Positions 25,151 to 36,988 of a stretch of DNA of 50,541 nucleotides are shown piece by piece. Origin of the DNA: Chromera velia. Lineage: Eukaryota. The stretch spans positions 1-50,541 of the forward strand of contig JAHBMJ010000313.1 of assembly GCA_018398765.1 (NCBI GenBank), in the 5' to 3' direction. The stretch's first letter is position 1; every line of letters starts with the position of its first letter. The notes under the pieces were generated by a model that made no database searches, was not told the DNA's origin, and worked only from the letters and a program-made list of their open reading frames with translations. The translations under genes were made by a program, and so were the position numbers.

Positions 25151-26322
25151 CCCAACTTTTAGCCCATAGATACAATTTTTTTTTAATAGGTTTTTTTTAA
25201 ATAATATAGATCCTCACCAACACCTGTTGACAGTCTGTTGTTCAAGTGTTGTCAAAGTGTTATAAAGATGTTGTCCACATATTGTAAAGAGTATTATTAT
25301 TGTATTAAAGAATGTTACATATAGAGAATAACACTTATTCAGGTGTTGCTGAGGTGTTGTTTAGATGTTGTAAAGAGTGTTGCACAGTGTTGCTTGAAAA
25401 ACAACAGATGTTGTCCCGATATACATAAAAAAATATTTGAAAAATATCAGCACCTTTTTTTTTTTTCTTTTTTTTTAGAGTGCAGAGCCTAGAACTACTT
25501 ATTTAAATTTACGTGGAACCCCCCTAAAGTTGGGCTAGAAGTTGGGCCTAAATTCCTAGTTAAAATCATAGTTTAAATTAATAGAAACATCCACTAGCAT
25601 CTAAATTCACTGAAATTCTAGCTGTACTAGTAGCTGCAATGCATGTGGACCATGAATTTACAAATTCATTCAGTTTTGCAGGGTGATTAATTCACATAAG
25701 TGTTAATATAGTGTTAATGTATTTTTATTTTTCTGATTATATTGTTACACGGTGTAGACAAACCTGCGGCCCCAAATACGTTGAACTTACAGACAGCCAC
25801 TGTGTGGTATGTCGCAGACTTAGCACTGAGGTCGGTACGTAGAAGCCTCATGCATGAACGATGCAGGAACACCCTTCACCTTGGGCTTCACGGCGGTCCT
25901 CCTGCACCCCTCCGACCCTGATCGATGCCTCATTCATCGCAACATGTGCATGAAAAACACGAGGCAGAAGTGAAATGAGAACCGGCTTTCAATACAGCTC
26001 TGATCTTGAACACTGTCACGCACATGCTAAAAAAGAGGAGAAGCTTTCTCAACACAGGCGTGTGTGGATGCACCAAGTGTTGTTTTTTCAAACGGGTACT
26101 ACCTCGATGCCTCATGTCGTGACCAAAATTTCAAAAATGGTGTGCTTAGTCGTGTGCCTATGTCAATCTATTGTACAGAAACCACATCGAATGGGGACAT
26201 GCACTCTCAAAGGCTGGCGCGAGCGCAAGAGTGAATCGAAAGCTGCCCCGCAGCAATCATACAGCCAGCTCATCCTGTCCTTCCACCAGTCATTCTCTCG
26301 ATCTGAGACTCTCTCACTCTCT

Positions 26323-26323
26323 T

Positions 26324-26354
<31 letters not shown>

Positions 26355-26432
26355 GTGTGTGTGCGTGCGTGTGTGTGTGTGTGTGTGTGTATGTGTGTGT
26401 GTGTATGTGTGTGCATGTGTGTGTGTATGCGC
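26323..26432. repeat. Imperfect (GT)n microsatellite
   Basis: Seen directly. Confidence 0.9.
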
Positions 26433-26593
26433 GTGATCGGCATTTGTTTACGTACCCCTTTGTCCGTTGCTCGGTTTTCCACTCTCAAAAAACTTCTGAT
26501 TGTCCCACAGTGCCACTGGCTGCATGCCAGTTTGTCTCTGCACGCCCGTTCATTTTCAAGAATGAGTGAAGTCAGCCATGCACTAACACCCAC

Positions 26594-29500
26594 CTGAGCG
26601 AAGACGTTGGGAGGTGCCACCAGAACAATCCGCTGTCCCCACTCCAACTGCCGCATCCGCATGGCAGACTGCATCAGGTCCTCCTTCCGCAAACGCAACC
26701 CCAGAGTCAGAACTGCCCTCGCGCGGGGGTGCAGCCTCAGGTCTGCCCCTCTACACCTCTCCTGGTCGAAAAACGCAAAACACTCACGGTCTCCCAGGTC
26801 TGACTGGTGCCTCTCGCACGCAAACCCGTTGTCCAGGTGCCGGACCATCCACCCCTTCGTGACCTCACTGAAGAACAAAACACCCCGGAGGCAAATCCCC
26901 TCTCGGGTCCCCTCACGGCCCTGTGCCTCCAGAATATGCGAAAGACGCTCTGCCACTGTCTGGTTGCAAATCCCCGCCATCAGGCCCTCCGCATCAATCA
27001 GCGCCTCGCACTTCTCCTCTCTCACCTTTTGCAGAACTGCGAGGGCGGTTGCGTCTAAGCCTCGACCCTCAGGGGTGAGCTTGGAGACTTTACGGCCCTC
27101 ACAGCGCTGCTGGAGGAGGCTGAGCATCTTCCCATCAGTTGACTCCAACTCGTCATCCCCATTCTCCAACAATTGCTTGACGGTCAGAGGCTGCAGCAGG
27201 TGACCGTCCTTCGTGCCCGAAAATCCTCTGGCCCCTCTAGACACCAGGTGGCATGCAGAGGCAACGATGGACTGAGGGAACTGTCTGGTGTCCTTGGGAA
27301 ACACACAGTGGGTCAGAAAGAAGTTGATAAAAGCCTGGTTGAGCTTGAAGGCTTTGTGAAGGAGTTTCAACTGAACTCCGTTGGTCAGATCAATCTTCCG
27401 TTCTTCATCGATGCTCTCGACGTCCTTCCGAGTCAGATCGCTCTGTTGGAGCATCTCATCTCGCGCCTCTCGCAACGGCCGGAACCACTCCTCAAACACA
27501 GCCTCCCTCACGCCCTAACCGAGACGAAGGAAGACCACGAAAGTCTCTTTCACCTGCGTCTCGGTAAGGCCGTCGTTGTAGTAGGCCAACAGGGTGAAGG
27601 AGATCGCACTGTCGGGATTCTTGAACTCCGCCCTCAGCGCGGGCGTGTCTGCTCCTCTGTAGGGCACAGCCATGCGAGTTTTGTGGCAGCCAGTGGCTGT
27701 CGTGTCGGCTGTCCGCAGACCGAAGTCGACAGAGGGACGCCGACTGAGGGCATGCCACAGAGGGTCAAAAACAAGAAATCCCCGAAGCGCCAACACGGCA
27801 TTCCTTTTTCCAAACTCATCCAAGTGCTTTGAGACGACTGGAGAAAGGGAATCGACTGTCGCCTCTGCCTCAGAGAGAAAAGCCAGGAACTGCTGGCGCT
27901 CTTCCTCTGAGAGAGATCGGATAAGTTCGGGAAGCCACTGGATGTCGTAGGGGGGGTCTTCCAGAATTCCCTCAAGCACCCTTCTTGTCAGATCTCTCTG
28001 GGACACCAGAGAGAACCCTGCGCTGTCTCTCTCTGCGAGGAGGAAGGAAGGGAAACTTCCTATTTCGGGTCGGCGGAAGGAGGGGAGAGTCTCGTGATAG
28101 GAAATGCGAGAGGAGAGGACTCCCGACGCGCGCACGTTTCCCCCCGCCGCCTTCCCACGCTGATTTGCGGTCAGGGTCGAGACTCCCTCCCGCTGCAAGA
28201 CCGACAAAACTCTCGGAAACCTCTCCAGTCTGCCCAAAACTCTAGACACAGCCTGTGCAGCCTGCCACCGTTCAGGGCCTGCAGGGAGCCCCTGTTGGAG
28301 CCCGCAGGCGTAGATCAGTTGGTAGTGGGGGTCAAGAAGCCTGTCGCTTTCATCAATCAAATCGACAACACTCTCACCCTCCAGATGGTCACCCAGGACC
28401 TTGTTCAACTCCATCAGTGCATTCTCCTCAAAATCCGAAGGGCAGCTCGCCATGCTGCCCGACTCGACTGCCTTCAGTTGAAGGGAGAGACGGTGTTCAG
28501 GTGCCACAAAGAGACACCCACCTGATCGACGGCACTCTCTCAGCTGCACACCCACACGCTGCCAGAGACGCGAGGGAACCTTCAACTGCCTGAAAAAGGG
28601 CAGCCGCATGAGCAGCAGGCCGAAGACCGGAGAGGCTTGGAGCGCCTCACGAAAATGCCGCCAGGCATCCCCGAGAAGCTGGGAGAGGAAATTGCAACGA
28701 ACTAGATTTTTCTTCTTCCCTGTCAGCTCAAGAACAAGCATCGGAAGGATCACCCTTGTCTTGCCCTCCCCCATATTCAATTGGACTATCCCGTCAGGCT
28801 CTCTCAAGAGAGTGCACGCAACTGATCCCTGTTTGACTCGAATAGAGATCTGTTGGTCAACTTCAAAGGCAACCCAACGGGGGTAGTCTCTCGGCTCCCA
28901 CCCTCTCCTTGAACATTCGAGAGCCCTTTGGATCTCCTCTAACTTGTGCTCTTCCACACTCGCCCCCCCACCTCCCCCATGGTTGCACAGGGAGGCAGTG
29001 CGTGCCAGCAGCCCTGCAAGCGAGCACAGCTGCAACCAGGAGAGGCAACCCTGCATTACCATTCTGACCCCCTCAGACGACAAAAAAGGCTGAAGCCACA
29101 AGACCCTCTCTCTGTCGAATGCGCATCGGGCGATGTCAACAAGACTCGCTCTGCCTCGCAGACCTGCCTCCTGGAAGAGCTCTACTGAAGCATTGCAGCT
29201 GAAACAATCACCCACAGAGTTTGCACCCTGCACATCCCAGAGGACCCTCAAGAGACAGGCGCTCAGGTTCCTCTCAGCCTCATTGACGGAGGCGAGATGA
29301 CTGAGGAGGATTTGTTTGAGCTCTGTCAAGGAACAACCAAGCTCGGTGGTTTCTGCAGAACGGAGTTGGTGCTTTTCCCAGCTCCGATTCTGCTCTTTCA
29401 GCATCGTACCACCAAGCCGAGAGGCGGCTGCAGGGGTCGTTTGGGTGAGGGGGAAAGTTGCTACACTGCCTGCACCGTGCCTCTTCCGCTTTTTCGTCTG

Positions 29501-32500
29501 GTGGAGCAGGGAAATCAACTGCTCCCGAGTTCTGGCATCCAAATCAGATGCTTCTTTGCTGAGATGCGACAGAAACGGCTTTGGGGTGACGAGAGTACAC
29601 CCGACAGCCGGTCTCTCACAACGAAGCGCTGCTGCTGTTTGTCCCTTTCGATCGACTGAGGGCCGACCAAAGGCTCTCTCCTTCTCTTGAGGCAGCAAGA
29701 CTGTTCTGAAATTCCAGAGAGGGCTCCCGGGCCCTTCTGCCTCGAGGGCCTTGTAGCGTGTAGCTGCGGCCTGCAACTCTGGGGACTCCCCGAAGGATAA
29801 GTGGGGGAGTCTTTTGGCCTCTTGGGGGTCGTCCTCGAACACGTTGAGGTCGGCATCGGCAGAGAAGAGGTACTCGGTCTCGGCCTTTCGTCTGAAGGCT
29901 GCATCAACAGCCAGACGCAATCCATGCCCATCTGCCTGCTGCAGAGAACTCTGGGTGTTGGCGAAAACGGCAATTTCATCCAGTTTGTTTCTCTCTGCCT
30001 GCCGGAGGGGTACATTGTCCCCGCATGCTCTGACGAGACGAATTGCCTCTTGCACACCACGCGCAGACAGCCGCTCCTCCTCCAGGAGAGAGCTCATGGC
30101 TGCGTGCAGGAGGGACAGTTGCAGGCGTCCGGAAGGGTCTAGAGGTCGGAGGTCCTTGAAGAGAGGATGGACCTCCACCTTGTGGAGTACCCGCTTGTCT
30201 CCACTGCCAGGAGGGCGGGAGACGGTCACGGTGTTTCCTTCTGATCGGACGATCCCATCCGGGACGAGGAGGAGACTGGTCTGCTGCCCTCCACAACTCA
30301 TTTCTGCCCCAATTTCATCGCGCACAAGCACGAGGTACTGGGTGAAGTTGTAGAGACAGTCTGGCAGAAGCAGAAGCTGACAGTCAGAGACTCGCCAACC
30401 TCTCAGATTGGCACACAGGAGACGACACCGTCTCCCCGACTCAACTACCAAACGAAAGCTCAGATCGTTTACACGCGGCAGCTCAAATCGGAGCACCGGA
30501 CGCTTTCCGCTCTCAGATTCAACCTCCTTCCCCTTCCCTCCCCACCCCCTGGGCTCCTCCTTCACGTGGATGAACTCGGGGTCCTCTACGGCTTGCAGCT
30601 GCTGCAGAACACGGGACACCGTCCCTGTGCAACCCACTGGCAGGATCACATGACGACCAAACCTCCCGTGGTATGCGTCCTGTGCCAGTTGACGCCACTT
30701 GTCTGCTTTGTGGCTCCCAGCCCTCAGAGAGAGGGGTACGTCTGCACACACCCACTGCATTGAGGCGGCAACTCCGCCACCCACCAGGAGGTGTCTTGCC
30801 TCTCTCTCAAAGTACATCTTGCCTCTCATGACAACCGTTTGGTCTGAGTGGCTGTACCAGTGAGAACAGAGCTCGCGGAGACGACGAGGAAGTCCTGCTG
30901 CCCACTTTCCCTCATGGTCCAGCAGCTGCAATGAGCAGTCCGTCTGCAGACAGGCAGGCAGGCATACAAGGAAACAAATTGCAGCAATTCAGTGTGCATC
31001 CTTGGACTGAAAAGGGAAATGTATTGTACGGACTTTGGGGGAAGCAGGACGTGCGTGGTGTGTGAGCATGCAGTGGGAAGAGAGAGAAAGTCAGTCGAGT
31101 GACGGGAAGAGAGGACCACGGCAGGAAGACTGAAAAAGAGGGACTGCGACAACAAGTTGGCCGGATGCAACTGCGGGTAGCTTTGTTTCTTTTCTTCCCA
31201 CTCACCCTTCTTTCAGCACCTGTTGAAGATGCGCGTTCCGTGACCCTCAGCTCTGCCCCATTCTGGAGAGGCAGGAATGTGTAGAAGCACCCGTCTACTG
31301 GGGCTGTTGTGGTCATGACCCCCGAAGAGTCCCTCACAACCTCAAATTTGGCACACCCAAAGGTCCGCATGAAAAGTTTGTTGGAGGTCACAGAGACGGG
31401 AAGGGTAGAGGGAGGGTGACCGTCCAAAAGCACACATCCAGTCGCCAGGTTGATCGAAAGAAGAGAACCCGCAACAGTCACTGCGTCAAAGCAGCAGCTC
31501 TGCGCACTGTCCCCCACTCTGTTCCATTGGATCTCAGTGCCAACAGGTACAACCCCACACCCGAGGACTTTTCTCGCCATCTCTGTGAGCACTCGGCCGA
31601 GTGACTCTCCCCCCACCTGCAGAATCTCCCCCATGCGTCTCGTGACGATCTCAAGACATCGACCGTACACATGACGGAGCACTTCGAGACAACGCCGTTG
31701 GGTCCCGCCCGTCTGCACCCTCAGGTGCATGACGGCAAGACCGACACAGAGCTCTTCTACGGCTTCTATGGACATCGAACCATCGTACTTGGTCAACGCC
31801 GCATAGCCAAGGAAGGTCGCCTCCATCATCCGCCTCCCTCGCTGTCTCTCAACAGCCTCATCCCCTGCCTCCCTCTCCCCCTGCCGAATCTCATCCTCCT
31901 TCATCTCTGCCCACCGACGAGCAGTGGATGCCAGATCGTCTGCAACCGCACAGTATGTCTCCTCATCCTGACCCCGGAGAAACCCCACTAGAGGGCAGAG
32001 CAGAAACATCGCCAGGTGTCGTCTCGGCTGCTCTCGGAGAACCTCTGCGACCTTTGAAAGGGCCTCACTGAGCACAGGCTCGTGATGAGACCTTGTCGCA
32101 GCATCGCAGGGGACGAGGGTGTGTCGCCACATGAAGCGACTGTCCTCTGCACCTCCTGCGGGAGAGAAGACCTCTCCGACCTGATAGAGCAGATGGGAGA
32201 CGAGAACCTGCACAAAGGGAAGCTCCAGTGGCAGCCTGTCTTCCCACAGAGCCGAGCACAGAGAGGATATCTGGGTCATCTTGGCTGCTCGGAGATTCCC
32301 AACAGCCAGCCATACATCCGAGTCCAGCCACAGAGGTCTCACGTCCTGCCTCGCGACTGCAATGTTATCTCGGTCTGTTCTCACCACCGCATTCATGACT
32401 GTGAAAGAGGAGAGAACCTGTCGGAGTTGTTGTGAGCTCTTCAACGTCTGGTCTTCTTCATGTGAGAGGCCCCACAAGTCTCCGAGAGGCTCCGTGTGGA

Positions 32501-32864
32501 AGAGGTCGACCACCTCTTCTGTGGTCCCTCTGAGAGCGAAGGGGTTGAAGAGGCCATTCTCGTACCAGTCATGTTCCTGGAAGAGCCCCCCCCTCCACCC
32601 GAGTTGAGGGACGGCCCCGTCGGAGGTGAAGTCGGAGTACCACTCGCAGTCGGTGCCAGAGGAGATCTGGTCGACTTTCTTCGGACCCCAGTGCTTCGGG
32701 ACCTGCTGAGTGTTGCTGAACAGTTCCACGATCGGATCAATGACTGCGGGGCTGGGCACGTTCCAGTTGTCCCTGCGGAGAAGACGAGAAGAGAAATACA
32801 GAGAGAGTTTCAATTGAAAGTTTCAAAGAGAGCGACCGGCATAGACAGACACACATACACATAC

Positions 32865-32922
<58 letters not shown>

Positions 32923-35790
32923 GGGCAGAGACAGAGAGACAGTCGCACAAAACAGTCATCGAGACTTCATCTAACCGCTGGACGAAACTGTGCATCGATT
33001 GATTGATTAAAAATGAAGAATGGACTGAATGAGCGAGTCAGGAGCAGACAACCAAAGAGCACACATAAAAGAAAAGCATCTTTCCATTGGCTGCTTGCTG
33101 CTCACTTGAACGTGTCGTAGTGACTCCTCCAGTCAAATTGCAGAGCCGTCACAGTGACAAGGCTCCGGATTTTCTGTCGCTCTGACGGTGAGAGGTGGGG
33201 TGCGAATGGTCGCGGGAGCGTCACTTGCTGCGCTGCCACTGACAATCGCGCAAAGACCCTGAGAGACGAGGGCGTTTGCAGGAAGAAGAGAACTCGCAGA
33301 GCGTCTCTGTCCCCTCTAGGAAGGAGATGGAAGATCGTCTTGGGGATGTCATTGTTCGTGTTCTCAATCTGTGCTTCCAGCGACTGTACACTCGATTGCT
33401 TCTGTCGATAGATTTGCCACTTTCGATTACTGGCGTAGGTGTCAGTGTTCACATGCCATTGGTAGTCATCAAGGGCGCGTTTCTCCTCGACTTTCGCGAC
33501 AGAAAGCTGACTGCGCAGATCACGAAGGCGCTGCTTCTTTGCCTGCAGCTCCGCCCAAAAGTTCGCTCGTCGCTTCTTCTCCCTGTCTCTTTCTTCCTTC
33601 ACCCCTGCCCGCAACGGAGCCCCCATCTCCTTCTGCGCAAACAAGTCAACCCAGCGGAGGGTCGCATCCGGCTTGTCAAGGGCAAAAAGCCCCCTACCAA
33701 CCCCCCCGTCCCCCCTTCTGCTGATGTACCAGTCCACCTGAACGAGAACGTCCTCTGCCTCACGCGTCCCCACAGACAACCTCCAGAGGTCAGCTCTCTC
33801 CAACGGAATGGGAATACGGAGACCTCCGAGGCCCCGGTCTGCCTCCAGATGTGCGTGAGCAACGCAGTAGGCCGCCCAGTGAACGAGAGTCTCCCTTGAC
33901 TGCAGAACAGAAAGAGGAAGAGACCTGGCCGTCTCCTTGACATCCGGTTCTTTGGATGACAAGAAGGTATTGAGAGTCTCCGTGTACCGCCTGAGTAGCT
34001 GATCGAGTTGATTCAGGTCGTGCAAAAAGGAACGAAAGCACTCGAGCCTCACGTCTCGAATGACGATATCGAGCCACCCAAAGACCGTCCTCTCGACTGC
34101 TCTCAGTCGGAGAAGCAGCTCCGGGCCGTCTACCCGCCCCATCGGTCCCATCCCCGTGGCCAGACCGTTCATGTGCTTCCCCATGTTCACAGTCGACTCT
34201 TGTCGCCGCCCTTCTAGAGACCTCACACAGGCCAGAGCGTCAATCCTTTCCTGGGGAAGGAAGTTGGCGTGCACAACGGGGTCCTTCCGGGGTAGCTCAG
34301 TCTCCTTCAGAAGGACTTCAGGCGAAAGGCACGCAGCCTTGCACATCTCCTGCCAGAAGCCTCTGCGAGCTTCTTCAAGCCGAGACCGCACAGCCCCGAC
34401 AGTCTCCTTGGCGACTCGCACTGCCATGCCGTTAGTGAGCGCGACGGCACGGCGAGCAGCGGTCTGAGAAACTGTCATCGCCTTGTTGAGGAACTCAACC
34501 TTGTCTCCGGGATTTGTCGTGTAGGCCTCGCCCAGCTGCGTTGGAACATTCAGTCGGGGAGGGAGGGAGGGATGGAGGGAGGGAGGGAGAGCATGACGAA
34601 AAAGGGAGGAACTCGGCGGATCAGGAGAAACAGAAGGCCCGGAAAAGAGAGCAAGGTGCATTTGACGCAAGAAAAGAGGGCACGGAGTCTGGGGAAAAAC
34701 GCTGCAGGACAAGTCGAATGGTCACGTGAGACTGTCACAGAGGAGGCTGAACGAAGATGTACACGAGGGTGGCCTGTGCATGTACGTACAATGACAAAAG
34801 CACGACAAAGCAGGAGGGCCTAGAGGGCGATTGAGAGGGAGGGAGTACGGATGAGGCCAAGAAAGGCCTCGGCTCACTCACTGACTGACTCACTCACTCA
34901 ACGACTGACTGACTGGCTGACCACATCAGCGATTTGAAGTTCCAAGTCGAGGAGCAGCCAAAGGAACCAGGAGTTTTCATCGGAGGATTCCGTCAAAATC
35001 CGCAACTCCTCCCTGTGCTGTACGTCCATCACCACGTCGTCCTCTGCGTCCTCATCCTCACTGTCACTTTCCAAGGACACACCGCGACAGGGAGATCGGA
35101 GGAAAATCCGGAGAAGCTCCACAGCCAGGGAGTAGAAGAGGGTCCATTCGTGTTTCTGGAGTTTGGAGGGGTCATCGGCCTCGACCGTGGGGGGTTTCTG
35201 AGACGCATGCTTGTTGAAGAGGGCAAGTCTCTCGGAGAAGAAAGCGTCGTCCTCGTCCAGCACCAGAAGCTGGTTGGTTGGCGCAGTGGCGGCTGCTTGC
35301 ACTGCTGCTGCCAAGATGCGTGGTCCGTTTCTCTGCGCCTTTTTGTCCTGTCTTCTTCTGCCGTTGTCCTTCTCGATGAGCGTCCTTGCCAGCGTCAGCG
35401 TCTCTGTGACACCCCCATTGCAGACCTCGCCGCACTCATGGATCTGGGGCTTTGGAGGACTCTCGGGAGACAAGTTTCCAGAAAAGGCCGAAGCGTCCAG
35501 ACCGAGAACGCGAAGGCGAACCCTCCCTCCGGCCTCGGCCTCGCACAGCACCGCAGAGCCCTGCTCGTCCTCCCAACGGACCCCAATATTCCCTTCGCAC
35601 ACTGTCCCATCCCGACCAATGCTCCACTGGACACCAGAGCGGCAGAACGCAAAGAACTTCGAGAAGGCAGGCGACAGGGAAGGAAACTTCGATGCCCTCT
35701 CCCCAAACCGCATCCAAGCTCGGCAAGTCTCGAGACTTCCTGCATGTGGATAACCTCTCACGAGTTCCGTCTCTTTCATCTTCGAATGAC
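26594..35790 (-). pseudogene. Giant DUF3638/DUF3645-containing SF2 helicase-like protein (>2,700 codons) with an in-frame TAG and no clear 3' end
   Basis: Exons 35790-34922, 34535-33106, 32772-31206 and 30943-26594 with matching phases. Motifs QLNMGEGKTRVILPML (Walker A), LIDESDRLL (Walker B), LIYACG, MAVPYRGADTPALRAEFKNPD..LAYY (DUF3645), GFSGT, FFDQERCRGAD and LMQSAMRMRQL. In-frame TAG at 27515-17 (GGT TAG GGC GTG). Start codon uncertain. Confidence 0.8.
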
Positions 35791-36988
35791 CTGCAGAAAT
35801 CACACAAAAGTCAGGTGCAAGCCAATATCGCGGTCACATAGAAAAAAGTTGGAGGACAGTTACAAGGAAGATTGATTTACGTACCTTGGCGCACGAGACG
35901 GCAGCAAAGGCACTCTTAACAAGCACAAACGAATCACAGCGACTTTAGGTCCCTTTTCCGCACCAAAACCCTTGCAGCTACTGCGATGTTTTTCTGCCCC
36001 CCTTGCCACACTCCCATCCGTTTTCTGGAACTTCGGCGCACTCACTGACAGAAGTGGCTTTGGCGTGAATATCCGAAGCACCATGATGACTGACGCAAGA
36101 ACGAAAGAGACAGACAGGTTTGCTGGGACTAAGAGTGAGACACACATCCACCTGTCGTGCACGCTTCGTTCGACATCAATTAAGCGGATCAAGTGCGCTG
36201 TCCGAGGTAAAAGTAAGATCCTTTGCCGTGAAGCCGGCGTTCAAGCCGCTCGATCCGTGCGCTTTCCGAGCTATACAGAGGAGCTCCTCGCCAGAGGTGG
36301 AGACATGGCGCGCGCGCGCGCGCATGCATGCAGAATGCTATACCTAATACATATGCACGCACATGCAGGGGCCTCGGCATGCCTTCCACTGCATGTCTGC
36401 ATGCACTCCACGCCATACATACATTCATGCAAGCTAGGGCCCCGGGGGCCCCGGCGGCGTGTTGCAAACGACGGTGAATGCATGCATGCCGCTTACATCC
36501 TCTGATCCTCTATATAACACATTCTAACACTGCAGACTTTCTTTTGCAGCTTGTTGCACCTCTTTCATTTTTCGGCTCATAGATCAGTCAAATTAGGATG
36601 TCGGCCTGCCCTGCACAGTGTTCGCCGTGTGCAGTCGGTCGATGGCGCTGTTTCTTTTCCTGTACGAATATTCGTTGACTGGCCGGATTTACTTGCAGTA
36701 CATGGGTGACCTTCTCATGCTCATCAGTCTGCCCGGATCGACGGAATCTTTGACGTCGAGTCCTATCTGGTTGCACCTGATGAGTCATTCCGATCGACAG
36801 TGACGTTTCTTTTCACGACCATATATAGTGCATCAACTCCTTTGAGTAACTCCCGTATTCCAAATCTCCCGACACAGTGACTACAACTTCACAGATACCT
36901 CCTGAAGGGCAGATCATTTCTCGAGTGGATACCCAACTGTTGTGCGCCGCAAAGGGAGAAGATCCCTGCCCTCTGGCTATGAAATGCT

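Larger units (their letters stand above)
19834..25171. mobile_element. Plavaka-type (CMC/EnSpm-related) DNA transposon, 5.34 kb, internally deleted and non-functional
   Basis: Perfect 15-bp TIR ATCTATGGGCTAAAA (19834-19848) / TTTTAGCCCATAGAT (25157-25171), continuing into imperfect GAATAGT...CCACTATT repeats. Flanking direct AC at 19832-33 and 25172-73. Carries transposase motifs on + and a second gene on -. Confidence 0.85.
19781..25496. mobile_element. Outer non-autonomous TIR element (~0.38 kb once the inner insertion is removed), CACTA/EnSpm-like
   Basis: Left end AGTTCTGGGCTCCGCACTGTAAAAAAA (19781-19807) versus the reverse complement of the right end AGTTCTAGGCTCTGCACTCTAAAAAAA (25470-25496): 24/27 identical. 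Direct repeat ACT at 19778-19780 and 25497-25499. An internal array of ~11-bp-spaced TGTTG motifs lies at ~25220-25415. Confidence 0.7.

Noticed and set aside
21312..27517. TAG stop-codon reassignment or readthrough as an explanation for the in-frame TAGs
   Set aside because: The Gln/Glu-rich 2.6 kb exon (10518-7916), RNASEH2B and PSD contain no in-frame TAG. The stops are confined to TE-borne or damaged genes, which fits pseudogenisation.
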